Position numbers and translations under genes: made by a program. Below, one piece after another: positions 27,300 to 37,645 of a stretch of 64,000 bases of DNA. Under the pieces are notes generated by a model that saw only the letters and a list, made by a program, of their open reading frames with translations, did not search any database and was not told the origin of the DNA. The stretch covers positions 1,344,001 through 1,408,000 of the forward strand of contig CAWETU010000001.1 in assembly GCA_963812135.1 (NCBI GenBank), given 5' to 3'. The DNA comes from Vulcanimicrobiota bacterium. GTDB lineage: Bacteria; Vulcanimicrobiota; Vulcanimicrobiia; Eremiobacterales; Eremiobacteraceae. Within the stretch, counting starts at the first letter, position 1. Every line of letters starts with the position of its first letter.

Positions 27300-27365
27300 T
27301 GACCGCCCACTCTACGCCCTTCGTGCGAGGGGTCCCTCGCCCGAAGCATCCGAACTTCGCGCACG

Positions 27366-28406
27366 ATGATCTTGCACGCCGACCTCGATGCGTTCTACGC
27401 GGCAGTCGCGTCGCGCGACGACCCGGCGTTGCGCGGCGTGCCGTTGGTGGTCGCGGGTTCGAGCCGGCGCGCGGTGGTGCTCACCGCATCGTACGAAGCG
27501 CGGCCCTATGGCGTCCACAGCGCGATGCCGCTCTATCAAGCGCGTGCGCGCTGCCCAAAACTCGTCGTCGTGCCGCCGGCGTTCGAAAAGTATCGGGAAG
27601 CGAGCGCGGCGGTGTTCGACATCTTGCGCGCGCACGCCAGCGCCGTCCAAGGGCTATCGCTCGACGAGGCGTTCTGCGATCTTGGCGACATCGCGCTTGC
27701 CGAGGCGCTCGACGTCGGACGGCGCATCAAAGCGAATGTCCGGGAATCGACGGCGCTGTCCATCTCGATCGGCATCGCGGCGAACAAGATGGTCGCGAAG
27801 ATCGCGAGCGACGACGGTAAGCCCGATGGATTGGTCGGCGTGCCACCGGGCGAGGAGGCGGCGTACATCGGCGGCAAGCCGATCGCAAGGCTGTGGGGGA
27901 TCGGTCCGAAGACCCAAGCTCGGCTCAACGCGCGCGGCCTCGAGCGCATCGAGCAGTTGGCGGCGCTGTCTGACGAGCAAGTGTATCAGCTCCTCGGGCG
28001 CTGGGGGCGCGAGCTGCGCGAGCTCGCGCGTGGGCACGATGAGCGGACGGTCAGCGAAAGCGATGAGATCCGGTCGATCTCGAGCGAGGAGACGTTCGAG
28101 CACGATGTCGCGGCCATCGAGGACCTGCTGCCGGTCATCCGGACGCAAGCCGACGAACTCGCGCAGCGGTTGCGCGAGCGCAGCTTGCGAGCGTACACCG
28201 TCGGTGTGAAGATCAAGCTGTCGGATTTCACGATCGTCGGCCGGCAGACGTCGCTCGCGCAGCCAGCCGACGATGCTCGCGTCATCAACGCGGCGGCCGC
28301 GTTCTGCTTGCGGCGAGCCGCGCCGGCCAAGCCCGTCCGCTTGATCGGCGTGCGCGTGGCCTCGCTTGTCCAGGCGGGCGCCAAGCAGACCAGTCTTTTT
28401 TCGTAA
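27366..28406 (+). CDS. dinB: DNA polymerase IV (Y family)
   Basis: ILHADLDAFYA, TASYEARPYGVHSAMP, SLDEAF, NKMVAKIASD..KPDG, LWGIG. Confidence 0.93.
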   Translation: MILHADLDAFYAAVASRDDPALRGVPLVVAGSSRRAVVLTASYEARPYGVHSAMPLYQARARCPKLVVVPPAFEKYREASAAVFDILRAHASAVQGLSLDEAFCDLGDIALAEALDVGRRIKANVRESTALSISIGIAANKMVAKIASDDGKPDGLVGVPPGEEAAYIGGKPIARLWGIGPKTQARLNARGLERIEQLAALSDEQVYQLLGRWGRELRELARGHDERTVSESDEIRSISSEETFEHDVAAIEDLLPVIRTQADELAQRLRERSLRAYTVGVKIKLSDFTIVGRQTSLAQPADDARVINAAAAFCLRRAAPAKPVRLIGVRVASLVQAGAKQTSLFS

Positions 28407-28487
28407 GCGCTCCCATTCGCGCGACGGCCCTCTCTGGCAGCGATCTGTCAGCGGGCGCAAAACCGCCCGCGCAGAAGCATCGCCGTC

Positions 28488-29555
28488 ATGAATCGCTCCC
28501 GCTGCGGAGGCGCGTCGATCGCGCCGGCGTTGGCGGTCGCACTGCTGTGGCTGTCAAGCGCAGCGCCATGCGCCGCCGAGGATTTACAGCAGCGCGAGCT
28601 CACGTCGGCGCTGTCGCAGCTCGCGGACAACTACCCGACCATTGAGCAGCGGATGGGGCGCGAAGGCGCGGCGGATCTCGAGGAGCGGCTGTTCACCGAC
28701 TTGGGCGAGGTCGCGCTCGACAACGCGCCGGATGTGTATCCAGCGGAGGCGTGGCACGAACGGGTCACGCGCGTCGCCCAGCTGGACGCCAGCATCGTCG
28801 CGCAAGTCGTCGGCACACCGGTTCCCGTCGCCGGTTCGCGCGGATTGGTCGAGCGGCTGATCGTCGCGCACGACGGCACGCTGCAGCCATTTGCGCTCTA
28901 CGTGCCCGAGGATGCGACCGCCGCGCGCGAACGCTCGCTCGTCGTGCTGTTGCACGGCAGGCCGCAGACCGAGTCGGAGATCCTTGGGGCGCCGTACTTC
29001 CGCACGTTGGCCGATCGAACGGGCACCGTGATCGCCGCTCCTTGGGGGCGCGGGATCTACGACTTCGCGCCGCCGGGCGACGACGAAGTGTACCAGGTGG
29101 CCGCGACAGTCGCGAGCACGTACGGCATTCCCGCACGGCGCGTGTTTCTCGCTGGTTACTCGATGGGCGGCTTTTCCGTCTTCAAGATCGGTCCCGAGCA
29201 TCCGGAGCAATGGGCGGCGGTGATGTGCATCTCGGGGTCGGTGCTCAACAGCGGCGCCGACGCAGTGCGGTCGGCGTTCGCGCGGACGCGCATGTACGTC
29301 ATCACCGGCACCCTTGACGACAGCATCCCGACGCAATACCCGCAAGGCACGGCTGCGTATCTGGCGAGCGTCGGAATCCCCACCGGTCTCTACATCGAGC
29401 CCGCCGGCACGCACGGCATCTACACGCTGATGCCTTCTCTCACGCGGGCGTGGACGGATATGCTCGCCGGGCGGCTCGGCGGCGTCGTCCCTGGCGGAAC
29501 GAGCGCCTTGCCGGCGATGGCCCCGCCGGGATTGAGCACCGCGCCACGCTCGTGA
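28488..29555 (+). CDS. Secreted alpha/beta hydrolase (esterase/peptidase)
   Basis: Signal peptide; LVVLLHG, GYSMGG nucleophile elbow, G.LDD, terminal TH. Confidence 0.8.
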   Translation: MNRSRCGGASIAPALAVALLWLSSAAPCAAEDLQQRELTSALSQLADNYPTIEQRMGREGAADLEERLFTDLGEVALDNAPDVYPAEAWHERVTRVAQLDASIVAQVVGTPVPVAGSRGLVERLIVAHDGTLQPFALYVPEDATAARERSLVVLLHGRPQTESEILGAPYFRTLADRTGTVIAAPWGRGIYDFAPPGDDEVYQVAATVASTYGIPARRVFLAGYSMGGFSVFKIGPEHPEQWAAVMCISGSVLNSGADAVRSAFARTRMYVITGTLDDSIPTQYPQGTAAYLASVGIPTGLYIEPAGTHGIYTLMPSLTRAWTDMLAGRLGGVVPGGTSALPAMAPPGLSTAPRS

Positions 29556-29567
29556 CGTGAAGGCGAG

Positions 29568-30143
29568 CTACGCGGGGAGGGCTTCGCTCCTGCGCGGACG
29601 CGCGCGCAGTTCGCCGCCGCAATTCGGGCAGAGGGTGCCGAGCGCGGAGGCGCACGACGGACAAAACGTGCACTCGAAGCTGCAGATGAACGCGCTCGAC
29701 GCCGGGCTTAGATCGGCGGAGCAGCGCTCGCAGGACGGCTTCATGTGCAGCGCCTCGCGCATCTTCTTGCGCCAGTGCGGCGTGAGCCTGGCGCGTGCTG
29801 CGACCGTCCGCGGCGGGCGAAGTTCGCGATCCACGGTCATCGCAACGAGCTCGATCGCCATCGAGCGGTAGCGGAAGTACGAGCGCAGCGAGAGCCCCAA
29901 CGATGCGGCGACGCGGCGGGCTTTGTTGCCGTCCAGGTCTTGGGAGAGGATCGCGGCGCGCATCAGCTGATTCAAATCGCTCGACCCGGGCAGGGCCCGC
30001 TTGATCGCGGTCAGGACGGCTTCGCAGGCCGACTCGCTGGCGTAATGTTCGCGCAACTCGCCAGCCAGCGCGTCGCCTTCCAGCTTGGCCGGCAGCCGTA
30101 GCAGATGCAGCAGCCGGCGGATCTCGGGGTGGTGCCTCTCCAT
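29568..30143 (-). CDS. HTH-like domain fused to a C-terminal DUF1272 Cys-rich domain
   Basis: VAASLGLSLRSYFRYR; MKPSCERC...ICSFECTFCPSC...CPNCGGELRARPRR. Confidence 0.75.
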   Translation of the reverse strand: MERHHPEIRRLLHLLRLPAKLEGDALAGELREHYASESACEAVLTAIKRALPGSSDLNQLMRAAILSQDLDGNKARRVAASLGLSLRSYFRYRSMAIELVAMTVDRELRPPRTVAARARLTPHWRKKMREALHMKPSCERCSADLSPASSAFICSFECTFCPSCASALGTLCPNCGGELRARPRRSEALPA

Positions 30144-30309
30144 GCCTGAGTACTACAGACTGACCCCCGCTGGGTCCTTCGATTTTGCCAGCTTGGCAGG
30201 CGCCCGGCAGTGAAGCATACTTGCGCCAGGATGACAGGAGGGGAATCGTTCGCCTGGATAAATACCAGGCGGCTGTTTTCTTACCACATGCGGCAAAGGA
30301 GATTCTCGC

Positions 30310-30456
30310 ATGCAAATCTGCGATGTCTGCAAGGAAGAAAAAGAAGAGACGTTCACCGTGCCGGGTACTAGCGCGGCGATTTGCGACGCGTGTCTGAGGG
30401 CGGGCCGGATCGGAGAGCTGTTGGGGCCCGAACATGCCGCCGCCCCCTCAGAGTAA
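30310..30456 (+). CDS. 48-aa C4 zinc-finger microprotein (not in ORF track)
   Basis: AAAGGAG RBS; MQICDVCKEEKEETFTVPGTSAAICDACLRAGRIGELLGPEHAAAPSE*. Confidence 0.75.
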   Translation: MQICDVCKEEKEETFTVPGTSAAICDACLRAGRIGELLGPEHAAAPSE

Positions 30457-30527
30457 TTTCATAATTTAGGGTACAAGACACGGGGGACGCTCGAGGTCGC
30501 CCTATCGAGCGGCCCCACGCGCGTGCT

Positions 30528-31355
30528 TCACGCCTCGAGGGGCAAGTCGACCTGCGTACGGCGCGCCGCGTACGCGCGCGTGAACTCCGCTCCGAACAAA
30601 ACCACCGTCGCCGAATAGAACAGCCAGGTCAGGACGATGAGACCGGCTGCGGCGGCGCCATGGATCGAACGTAGCACGGTATGAGTGACGAGTAGGCTGA
30701 CGCCCCACTGCCCGAGCACGAACAACGCGCCGGTGAACAGTCCGCCCGGCAGCGCATCCGCCCACGCGACGGGCGTTGCCGGCACGAATCTGAACAACGC
30801 GGCGAACAGCGCGCCGATCGCGAGCAGCGCCGCCACCAGCACGACGAGCTGCCCGCCGGCGTTTGACATCAAACCGCCGTTTTGGCCGCCGACGTGAGCC
30901 ACGAGCATTGTACCGAGGATCTGCAGCGCGAGCAGCAGCAATCCGATGACCAGCACCATGCAAAATGCGAGCGCGCGCGTGGCGAAAAGGCGCCCGACGC
31001 TGAGGCGCAGGCTTTGGGTATCGAAGACGATGTTGAGCGCGTCTTGCAATTGCGTAAATGCGCCGCTGGCGCCGAGAAGGAGCGCGACGATGCCGATGCT
31101 CGCCGCGACGATGTTGGGCGCGGGGCGGCTTAGCCCGTTCACCAGGTTGGTGAGAAAACGCGCGCCGGTGGGGCCGACGAAGGTGGCCAAGGGCGCGAGC
31201 ACGTCTTGCGCGGCGTGCTTTTGACCGATGATCAGACCGGCGATCGCGATCGCGATCACCAGCACCGGCGCCAGCGCAAACGCGAGATAGAATGCCAACG
31301 CCGCCGCCAGGTGCGACGTGTGATGCCGGTTCCAGCCATCGAATGCTTCGCGCAC
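30528..31355 (-). CDS. YihY/virulence factor BrkB family membrane protein
   Basis: LAAALAFY..FALAP, LQDALNIVF, LTWLFYSA.VVLFGAEF; start uncertain. Confidence 0.88.
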   Translation of the reverse strand: MREAFDGWNRHHTSHLAAALAFYLAFALAPVLVIAIAIAGLIIGQKHAAQDVLAPLATFVGPTGARFLTNLVNGLSRPAPNIVAASIGIVALLLGASGAFTQLQDALNIVFDTQSLRLSVGRLFATRALAFCMVLVIGLLLLALQILGTMLVAHVGGQNGGLMSNAGGQLVVLVAALLAIGALFAALFRFVPATPVAWADALPGGLFTGALFVLGQWGVSLLVTHTVLRSIHGAAAAGLIVLTWLFYSATVVLFGAEFTRAYAARRTQVDLPLEA

Positions 31356-31486
31356 GACCTCGACGATAACGGCCTCCTGACAACGGAGCCCATGAGTTCA
31401 CGCCGGCCACGCGGGGCGCCTACACGGTTTGACGCGCGGGGCCGTTCGGTAGGATACTAGTAGAGCTCAAAGGAGGGCGTCACATC

Positions 31487-31702
31487 ATGGCACAGCGCAA
31501 GCGGACCCGTAAATACGGGCCAAAAGCATCCGAAGACGTCGAGCGGGCGATGCGCGAGATGAAGCAGGGCAAGCTCCGTTCGGGCCGGTCCGGCAAGAAA
31601 GTCACCAACCCGCGGCAAGCGGTCGCCATCGGCCTGTCCGAGGCGCGGGCAGAGGGCGCCAAGGTGCCCCCGTCACCGAGCACGCGGAGACGCAAAAAGT
31701 AA
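31487..31702 (+). CDS. DUF6496-family small basic protein
   Basis: KYGPKASEDVERAMREMKQGKLRSGRSGKKVTNPRQAVAIGLSEAR; AGGAGG RBS; GTTT-N16-CGGTAG at 31427-31452. Confidence 0.85.
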   Translation: MAQRKRTRKYGPKASEDVERAMREMKQGKLRSGRSGKKVTNPRQAVAIGLSEARAEGAKVPPSPSTRRRKK

Positions 31703-31855
31703 TCGGGCGCACGAACGCAGACCCTGGTGCGGGCCGCTGTGACGGCGGTCTAATGTGAGCCCCGCGCCTTGTGTGCGCCTGGAGAGCGCCGATATACTGG
31801 GTAGTGGGTAGCGCCTTAGGTGGGGGACCGCAGGCGTCGCTCCGGAGACAGGATT

Positions 31856-32026
31856 ATGCCAGTATGCAGCGCCTGCCATCGCGATCTCGGTGACGTGTTC
31901 GTCGTCGAAGACGGCTCGAAGCTGTGCGCGCGTTGCCTCGAGATGGGCGTGAACGATAAGAAGCCGCTCGAGGAGCGCGAACGCCTCATGCTCGTGCTCG
32001 ATGGCGACGACGAGATAGCAAGCTAA
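31856..32026 (+). CDS. 56-aa C4 zinc-finger microprotein
   Basis: MPVCSACHRDLGDVFVVEDGSKLCARCLE...; upstream TTGTGT-N18-TATACT. Confidence 0.7.
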   Translation: MPVCSACHRDLGDVFVVEDGSKLCARCLEMGVNDKKPLEERERLMLVLDGDDEIAS

Positions 32027-32174
32027 GATTTTTCAGGGCGTCCGCGACGCCGCACCCGCATCCGCGGGGCGCGGCGTCGTCTGCGTTTGTGGCATTCATC
32101 GCTGGTATTACTTCGGATGTAAGTGCGTAAGAGTCCATCGGTTGGGTACATGGTAACGTAGGGCGGGGGAACCG

Positions 32175-32582
32175 ATGGACACTTTCCGCGTCGCATTCTC
32201 GCCCGAGCGAGACACCCTTTCAAACGTCAGGCACTCGCTGGCCGGCTGGGCCCGCGGCTGCGGGCTGAGCGAACATGCGGTAGCGGACGTGGTTGTGGCG
32301 GCCGGCGAGGCGATCGAGAACGCGCTCGAGCACGGCCGCGATCGATGCTTCGTCATCGAGGGCTTGTGCGACAATCGCGTCCTCGAAGTCGCGGTGCACG
32401 ACAAAGGCGGCGGCTTTGACGCCGCGGGCAAGGGCAACCCGGTGCCGCCCGAGTTGCTGGGCCAGCGCGGTCTTGGCATCTATTTGATGCGTGCGCTGAC
32501 GGACGAGGCGCGCTTCCACTGGCGCGATGACGGCATGACGGTCACGCTCAAGAAAAACATCACGGTGCCTGAAGTCCGGTAG
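32175..32582 (+). CDS. Stand-alone RsbW-like anti-sigma factor / serine kinase (HATPase_c_2)
   Basis: GEAIENALEHG, VHDKGGGFD, RGLGIYLMRALTDE; GTTT-N14-TGGTAT at 32085-32108. Confidence 0.85.
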   Translation: MDTFRVAFSPERDTLSNVRHSLAGWARGCGLSEHAVADVVVAAGEAIENALEHGRDRCFVIEGLCDNRVLEVAVHDKGGGFDAAGKGNPVPPELLGQRGLGIYLMRALTDEARFHWRDDGMTVTLKKNITVPEVR

Positions 32583-32617
32583 GGCGTAGCCGCCTGCGCG
32601 CGCCAAACGCCTAGTGC

Positions 32618-33594
32618 GTGGCGCGCTCGAAGATCCCCACGATCAAGCAGCCGATGCTGCCGACGCTCATCGACAAGCCGTTCGATGACGATGGGTGGCT
32701 CTTCGAAGTCAAGTGGGACGGCATCCGCGCGATCGGCACGATCCGCGAATCCGGCGCGCACGAACTCATCTCGCGCAACCAGTTGTCGCTCAATGCCAAG
32801 TTTCCCTGAACTCGAACACCTTGCGGACGATTTCCGCAGCGCGCCGCTGGTGGTCGACGGCGAGATCGTCAGCCTCGACGAGCATGGCCGTTCGTCGTTT
32901 CAGCGCCTGCAGCGCCGCTTCAAGGCGGGGTCGGGTTCCGGCGAGCACGGCGGCCGGATCGTCTACGCGGTTTTCGACTTGCTCTATGACGGCAAGCGCG
33001 ATCTGCGGTCCGCGCCGCTCGAAGAGCGCAAGGCGTCGTTGCTCAAAGTGATCAAACCCCGCGCTTCTCGCGTCATGATCTCCAAAGACGTCGTAGGAGA
33101 AGGCAAGAGGCTGTTCGCCGAAGCGCAGCGACAGCGGCTCGAGGGCATCGTCGGCAAGAAGCGCGACTCGAGCTACCAGGAGCGCCGCTCGCGCGATTGG
33201 GTCAAGATCAAGACGCACCTCGAGCAAGAGTTCGTGATCGGCGGCTGGACCGATCCGCAGGGGTCGCGCAAGGAGTTCGGCTCGCTGCTGCTCGGGGTAT
33301 ACGAAAAAGGAAAATTGGTGTACTGCGGCGCCGTCGGCACAGGCTTCGACGGCACCTCGCTGCGCGCGGTGAAGAAAAAGCTTATGCCGTTGGCCGACGA
33401 AGCGGTGCCCGTTCGATCCGCCGCCGCCGGCGGCGATCGTTCGAACGGCGCACTGGGTGAGACCGAAGCTCGTCGCCGAGGCGAAGTTCGCCGAATGGAC
33501 GGCGGATGGTCTGCTGCGCCAGCCGGTATTCCTCGGACTGCGTACGGATAAGGATGCGAAAGACGTCGTGCACGAGCGGCCGATCGAGCGATGA
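32618..33594 (+). CDS. ligD: LigD-type ATP-dependent DNA ligase domain (stand-alone); two +1 frameshifts near 32805 and 33395
   Basis: FEVKWDGIR, VVDGEIV, VFDLLY, EGIVGK, WVKIK, then HWVRPKLVAEAKFAEWTADGLLRQPVFLGLR across three frames. Confidence 0.85.
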
Positions 33595-35238
33595 AGCGTA
33601 AGACAGGCGCCGCAAAGGGTTCGCTCGCCGAGTACAAGCGCAAGCGCGACTTCACGCGCACGAGCGAGCCCGCCGGCGCGGTCAAAAAGCGCGCGGTCAC
33701 GCGCCCGCGCTTCGTCGTGCAAAAACATCGCGCGTCGCATCTGCACTACGACTTCCGCTTGGAGGCCGGCGGCGTGCTCAAATCGTGGGCCGTGCCCAAA
33801 GGGCCTTCGCTGAATCCGGCGGACAAGCGCCTCGCGATGCAAGTCGAGGACCATCCGCTCGACTATTACGACTTCGAAGGCGTGATCCCGGAGGGCAACT
33901 ATGGCGCCGGCCAAGTCATCGTCTGGGATTACGGCTGGTACGAATTGGCCGAAGGTACCGACCCCGCGGTCGAGATCGCGCGCGGCAAGCTCAAGTTCAT
34001 CTTGCACGGCCGCAAGCTGCGCGGTCTCTTCACCTTGGTGAGGATGCACGGCAAGGATAAAGACGACCGGGCGTGGCTGCTCTTCAAGGACAAGGACGAG
34101 TACGCCGATCCTGACTGGGATGTCGAACGTCACGGACGCTCCGCCAAGACCAACCGCACGCTGGACGAGGTGGAGAAGAATCCGCGCTCGCGCCAATGGA
34201 TCTCGAATCGGCCCGCGGCGAAGACGAAGTCCGCGGGTGCAAAATCAACGGGCGTGAAATCGTCAAGCGTCAAATCTGCGCGTGCGACATCGTCCTCCGA
34301 CGTGCCGCAGTTCACCAACCTCGACAAGGTCTTATGGCCGGACGACGGCTACACCAAAGGCGATTTGATCAAGTACTACTTGAGCGTCGCGCCCTGGCTC
34401 TTGCCCTACTTGAATGACCGGCCGCTGACGCTGCAGCGATTTCCCGAACGGCATCCACGGCATGTCGTTTTTCGAAAAACAAGCGCCGCGCGGCGCGCCT
34501 GACTGGGTGCAGACCGTTTCCGTACCTTCCGAGTACGGCAAGCGATCGAAGATCGACTACGTCATCTGCAACGACGAGCGGACGCTGGCGTGGCTTTCGA
34601 ACCTCGCGTGCATCACCATGCACGCCTGGCTCTCGCGCGTCGGCTCGCTCGGTTCGCCCGACTACTGCCTGCTCGATCTCGATCCACAAGCGGGCTGCAC
34701 CCTCGCATCGCTCGCGAAAGTCGCATTGCATCTGCGTGACGAGATGGAGGCGCTTGGTCTCGCGCCGGCGGTCAAGACGTCAGGCGGCAAAGGCCTGCAC
34801 GTCATGTGGCGGCTCGCGCCGGGTTACGATTACGCGGAAGTGCGCGGCTTCGCCGAGCTCACCGCGCAACGCCTGAAGGCGCAGCTGGGGGACGCGGTCA
34901 GCCTCGAACGCGCGATCAAGAAACGCCGCCGCGGCAGCGTCTACATCGATTGGGCGCAGATCGGCGAGGGCAAGACGATCGTCATGCCGTTCGTCGTGCG
35001 GCCGCGTCCGAAAGCGCCCGTCTCGTGGCCGCTGCAGTGGCGCGACGTCGAAGCGATGGCGCGCTCGCGCGCGCCCGACATCTTCGCCGCCGCCGCGCAC
35101 TGGAACATCAAGACGGTGCCCGCGCTCTTGAAGAAACAAGGCGATCGCTGGCAAGCGGCGATGAAGAAGGAGCAGCGTCTGGAGCCGGCGCTGAAAAAAG
35201 CGCAAAAGCTTTGGCGCTCCGGAGAACGAGGAAGCTAG
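33591..35238 (+). CDS. ligD: LigD phosphoesterase + primase-polymerase fusion; +1 frameshift near 34444
   Basis: PE: YKRKRDF, FVVQKHRASHLHYDFRLE, SWAVPKGPS; Pol: TNLDKVLWP, RFPNGI (after correction), DLDP, KTSGGKGLHV. Confidence 0.85.
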
Positions 35239-35241
35239 ACG

Positions 35242-37645
35242 ATGCGCGCGAGGATCGGATCCGCCCTGCAGGCGATCCGAGAGGGGCGGCTCACCGACGC
35301 GCAGCGCAACTATATCGTCGCAGCGCTGATGCTCGGGCTCGTCGCGACGGGATACGTCGACCTGCGCGATCCAGATCTGAAGCTGGCGCCCGCTTCGATC
35401 CTGTTCGTCATCTCCATCGCCGGCATCGGCGGTCTCATCCCAGGACTGATCGGCGCGCTCATCGCCGCTGTGGTGTTCTCGCTTGCGGAAAGCGGCGGGG
35501 CTTCTGGCTCGGTGCAGGCGGTTGCGGCGCACGTTCTCTTGCGCAGCGCGAGCTATTTCTTGGCCGCCGGGCTCGTCGAGCTGATCCGACGGCAAGCCGC
35601 CGCGCTGAGCAGCAACGAAGGGCGTTTGCACGAGATGGAGCTTACGCACGCCAGGGACCAGCTGGACGCCGCGCAAGCACGCTTCCGCGCGGTCGGCGAG
35701 TCCGTGCCGTTCGGCGTGTGGTTCGCCAATGCCGAAGGCCGGCTGGTCTACATGAGCGACTCGTTCCTCAACCTCGTCGGGCAGACGCTCGAGGAGGTGC
35801 GCAGCCACGGCTGGCTCGATCACGTACGGCCCGAAGATGGCGAGCGCATTCGCCAAGCCTGGCAGCAACGCCAGGCTTGGACCGGGGACTGGGAAGACGA
35901 GTATCGGGTGCGCGGCGTCGACGGCGCCAACTACACCATCCTCTGTCGCGGACGCGCCGTCTACGACGAGAACGGCAACGTCGTCGGGTGGGCCGGCATC
36001 AATCTGGATGTCACCGAGTCGGTCAAGGCGCGAGAGCGCCTGCGTTTCCTGGCGGACGCGGGCCGGGTGCTCGCCTTGTCGCTCGATCCAATGGCCACGC
36101 TCGAACGCGTCGCCGGCCTCATCGTCCCCCGGCTCGCGGACTGGTGCGAGGTCCATCTGCTGCAGGACAACGGCGACGTCACCACCGTGTTGGTGCTGCA
36201 CGATGATCTGTCGAAGGCCGTACTCGCGCAGGGACTACGCGAGGTCACGCGCCAGCGCGGAGACACCAGCCGCCTCGCGACCGTTATGCGGACGGGCGCA
36301 TCGGCGCTCATCCAGCGCGTCGACGACGCGTTGCTTGTCGAAGTGGCGCAGAACGATCGCCATCTTGAGATCCTGCGCGAGCTCGCGGGTCGATCGGCGC
36401 TCGTCGTGCCGCTCAAGACGCGCGAGCGGGTGTTCGGCGCGATGACGCTGTTGCAGACCGAATCCGGGCGCGAATTCACCGAGGACGACAAGGGCTTCAT
36501 CGAGATCCTCGCCGCGCGCGCCGCTTTGGCTTACGAGAACGCGCGGAACTATGCGCGCGAGCATCGGGTCGCGAACGTGCTGCAACGCGCGTCGCTGCCA
36601 ACGGTGCTGCCGCACTTGCCGGGCATCCGCGTCCAGGCCGCCTATCTGCCCGGCGCCAGCGAATCGGAGATCGGGGGCGATTGGTACGACGCGTTCTCGT
36701 TGCCTGACGGGGGTCTTGGCATCTCGATCGGCGACGTCGCCGGCAAAGGGTTGCGCGCCGCCGTCGCGATGTCGAGCGCGCGCCAGGCGCTGCGCTCGGC
36801 GGCCTTGGAGGGTTCCCCGCCGGCGGAAGTCCTCCGGCGCGCCAACCTCCTGTTGGTCCACGAAAACACGGGCATGGTCACGGCGGCGTTCGGCATCCTG
36901 GACCCCGTGACGCTGCATTTCACGTTCACGAGCGCCGGTCACCCGCCGCCGCTGCTCGCCAGCGCCGACGGCGACGTGCAAGCGCTGAGCGGCGGCGGAC
37001 TCCCGCTTGGTCTCTTCAGCGATCAGGAATATCCGGTCCAGAGCGCGCAGCTCGCGCCCGGCTCGGTGTTGGTCATGTACACGGACGGCCTAATCGAGTG
37101 CGAGCGCAACATAGTCGGTGGCGAAGCGCAACTTGCCGAGGCGGTGCGCCAGGAGGCGATTGCGGCTTCGCCGGACCCGGCACAGGGCATCGTCCGGCGG
37201 GTGATACGCGAAAAGCCGAACGACGATGTGGCGATTATCACGGTGTCGATATCGTCCGCCCCGCTCGATCGCGTCGACCTGACCGTCGATGCGACGCCGA
37301 CGAACGCGCGGGTGCTGCGACAAGCCCTGCGTCGGCTCGCGCTGAGCGCGGGGCTCGATGAAATCGCCACCATGGACCTGCTTGTCGCCTCGGGCGAAGC
37401 GATCAGCAACGTGATCGAACACGCCTACGGCGTCGACGAAGGCGAGCTCCAACTGCGAGCCTTCCGGCGAGGACGGTGAGATCAAGGTGGAGATCAAAGA
37501 CCGGGGCCGCTGGCGGGAGCCGACCAATGACGGTGGAGGACGTGGCCTTCCGCTCATGCGCGCACTCATGACCGACGTCAACATCGCGAGCACCGTAGAT
37601 GGCACGACGGTCGTGCTGCGGAAGTCCCTGGGCGAGGAATTCTAA
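35242..37645 (+). CDS. Second TM-PAS-GAF-PP2C-HATPase fusion; +1 frameshift near 37466
   Basis: Paralog of 14131..16521 (EIGGDWYD, IGDVAGKG, GEAISNVIEHAY); continues EDGEIKVEIKDRGRW...GRGLPLMR in the next frame to TAA at 37643-37645. Confidence 0.85.

Noticed and set aside
32801..32809. Programmed +1 frameshift at CCC-UGA, linked to the absence of trmD after rimM
   Set aside because: Neighbouring frameshifts occur in non-slippery contexts (GCC, CGG), so sequencing error is more parsimonious; trmD may lie elsewhere
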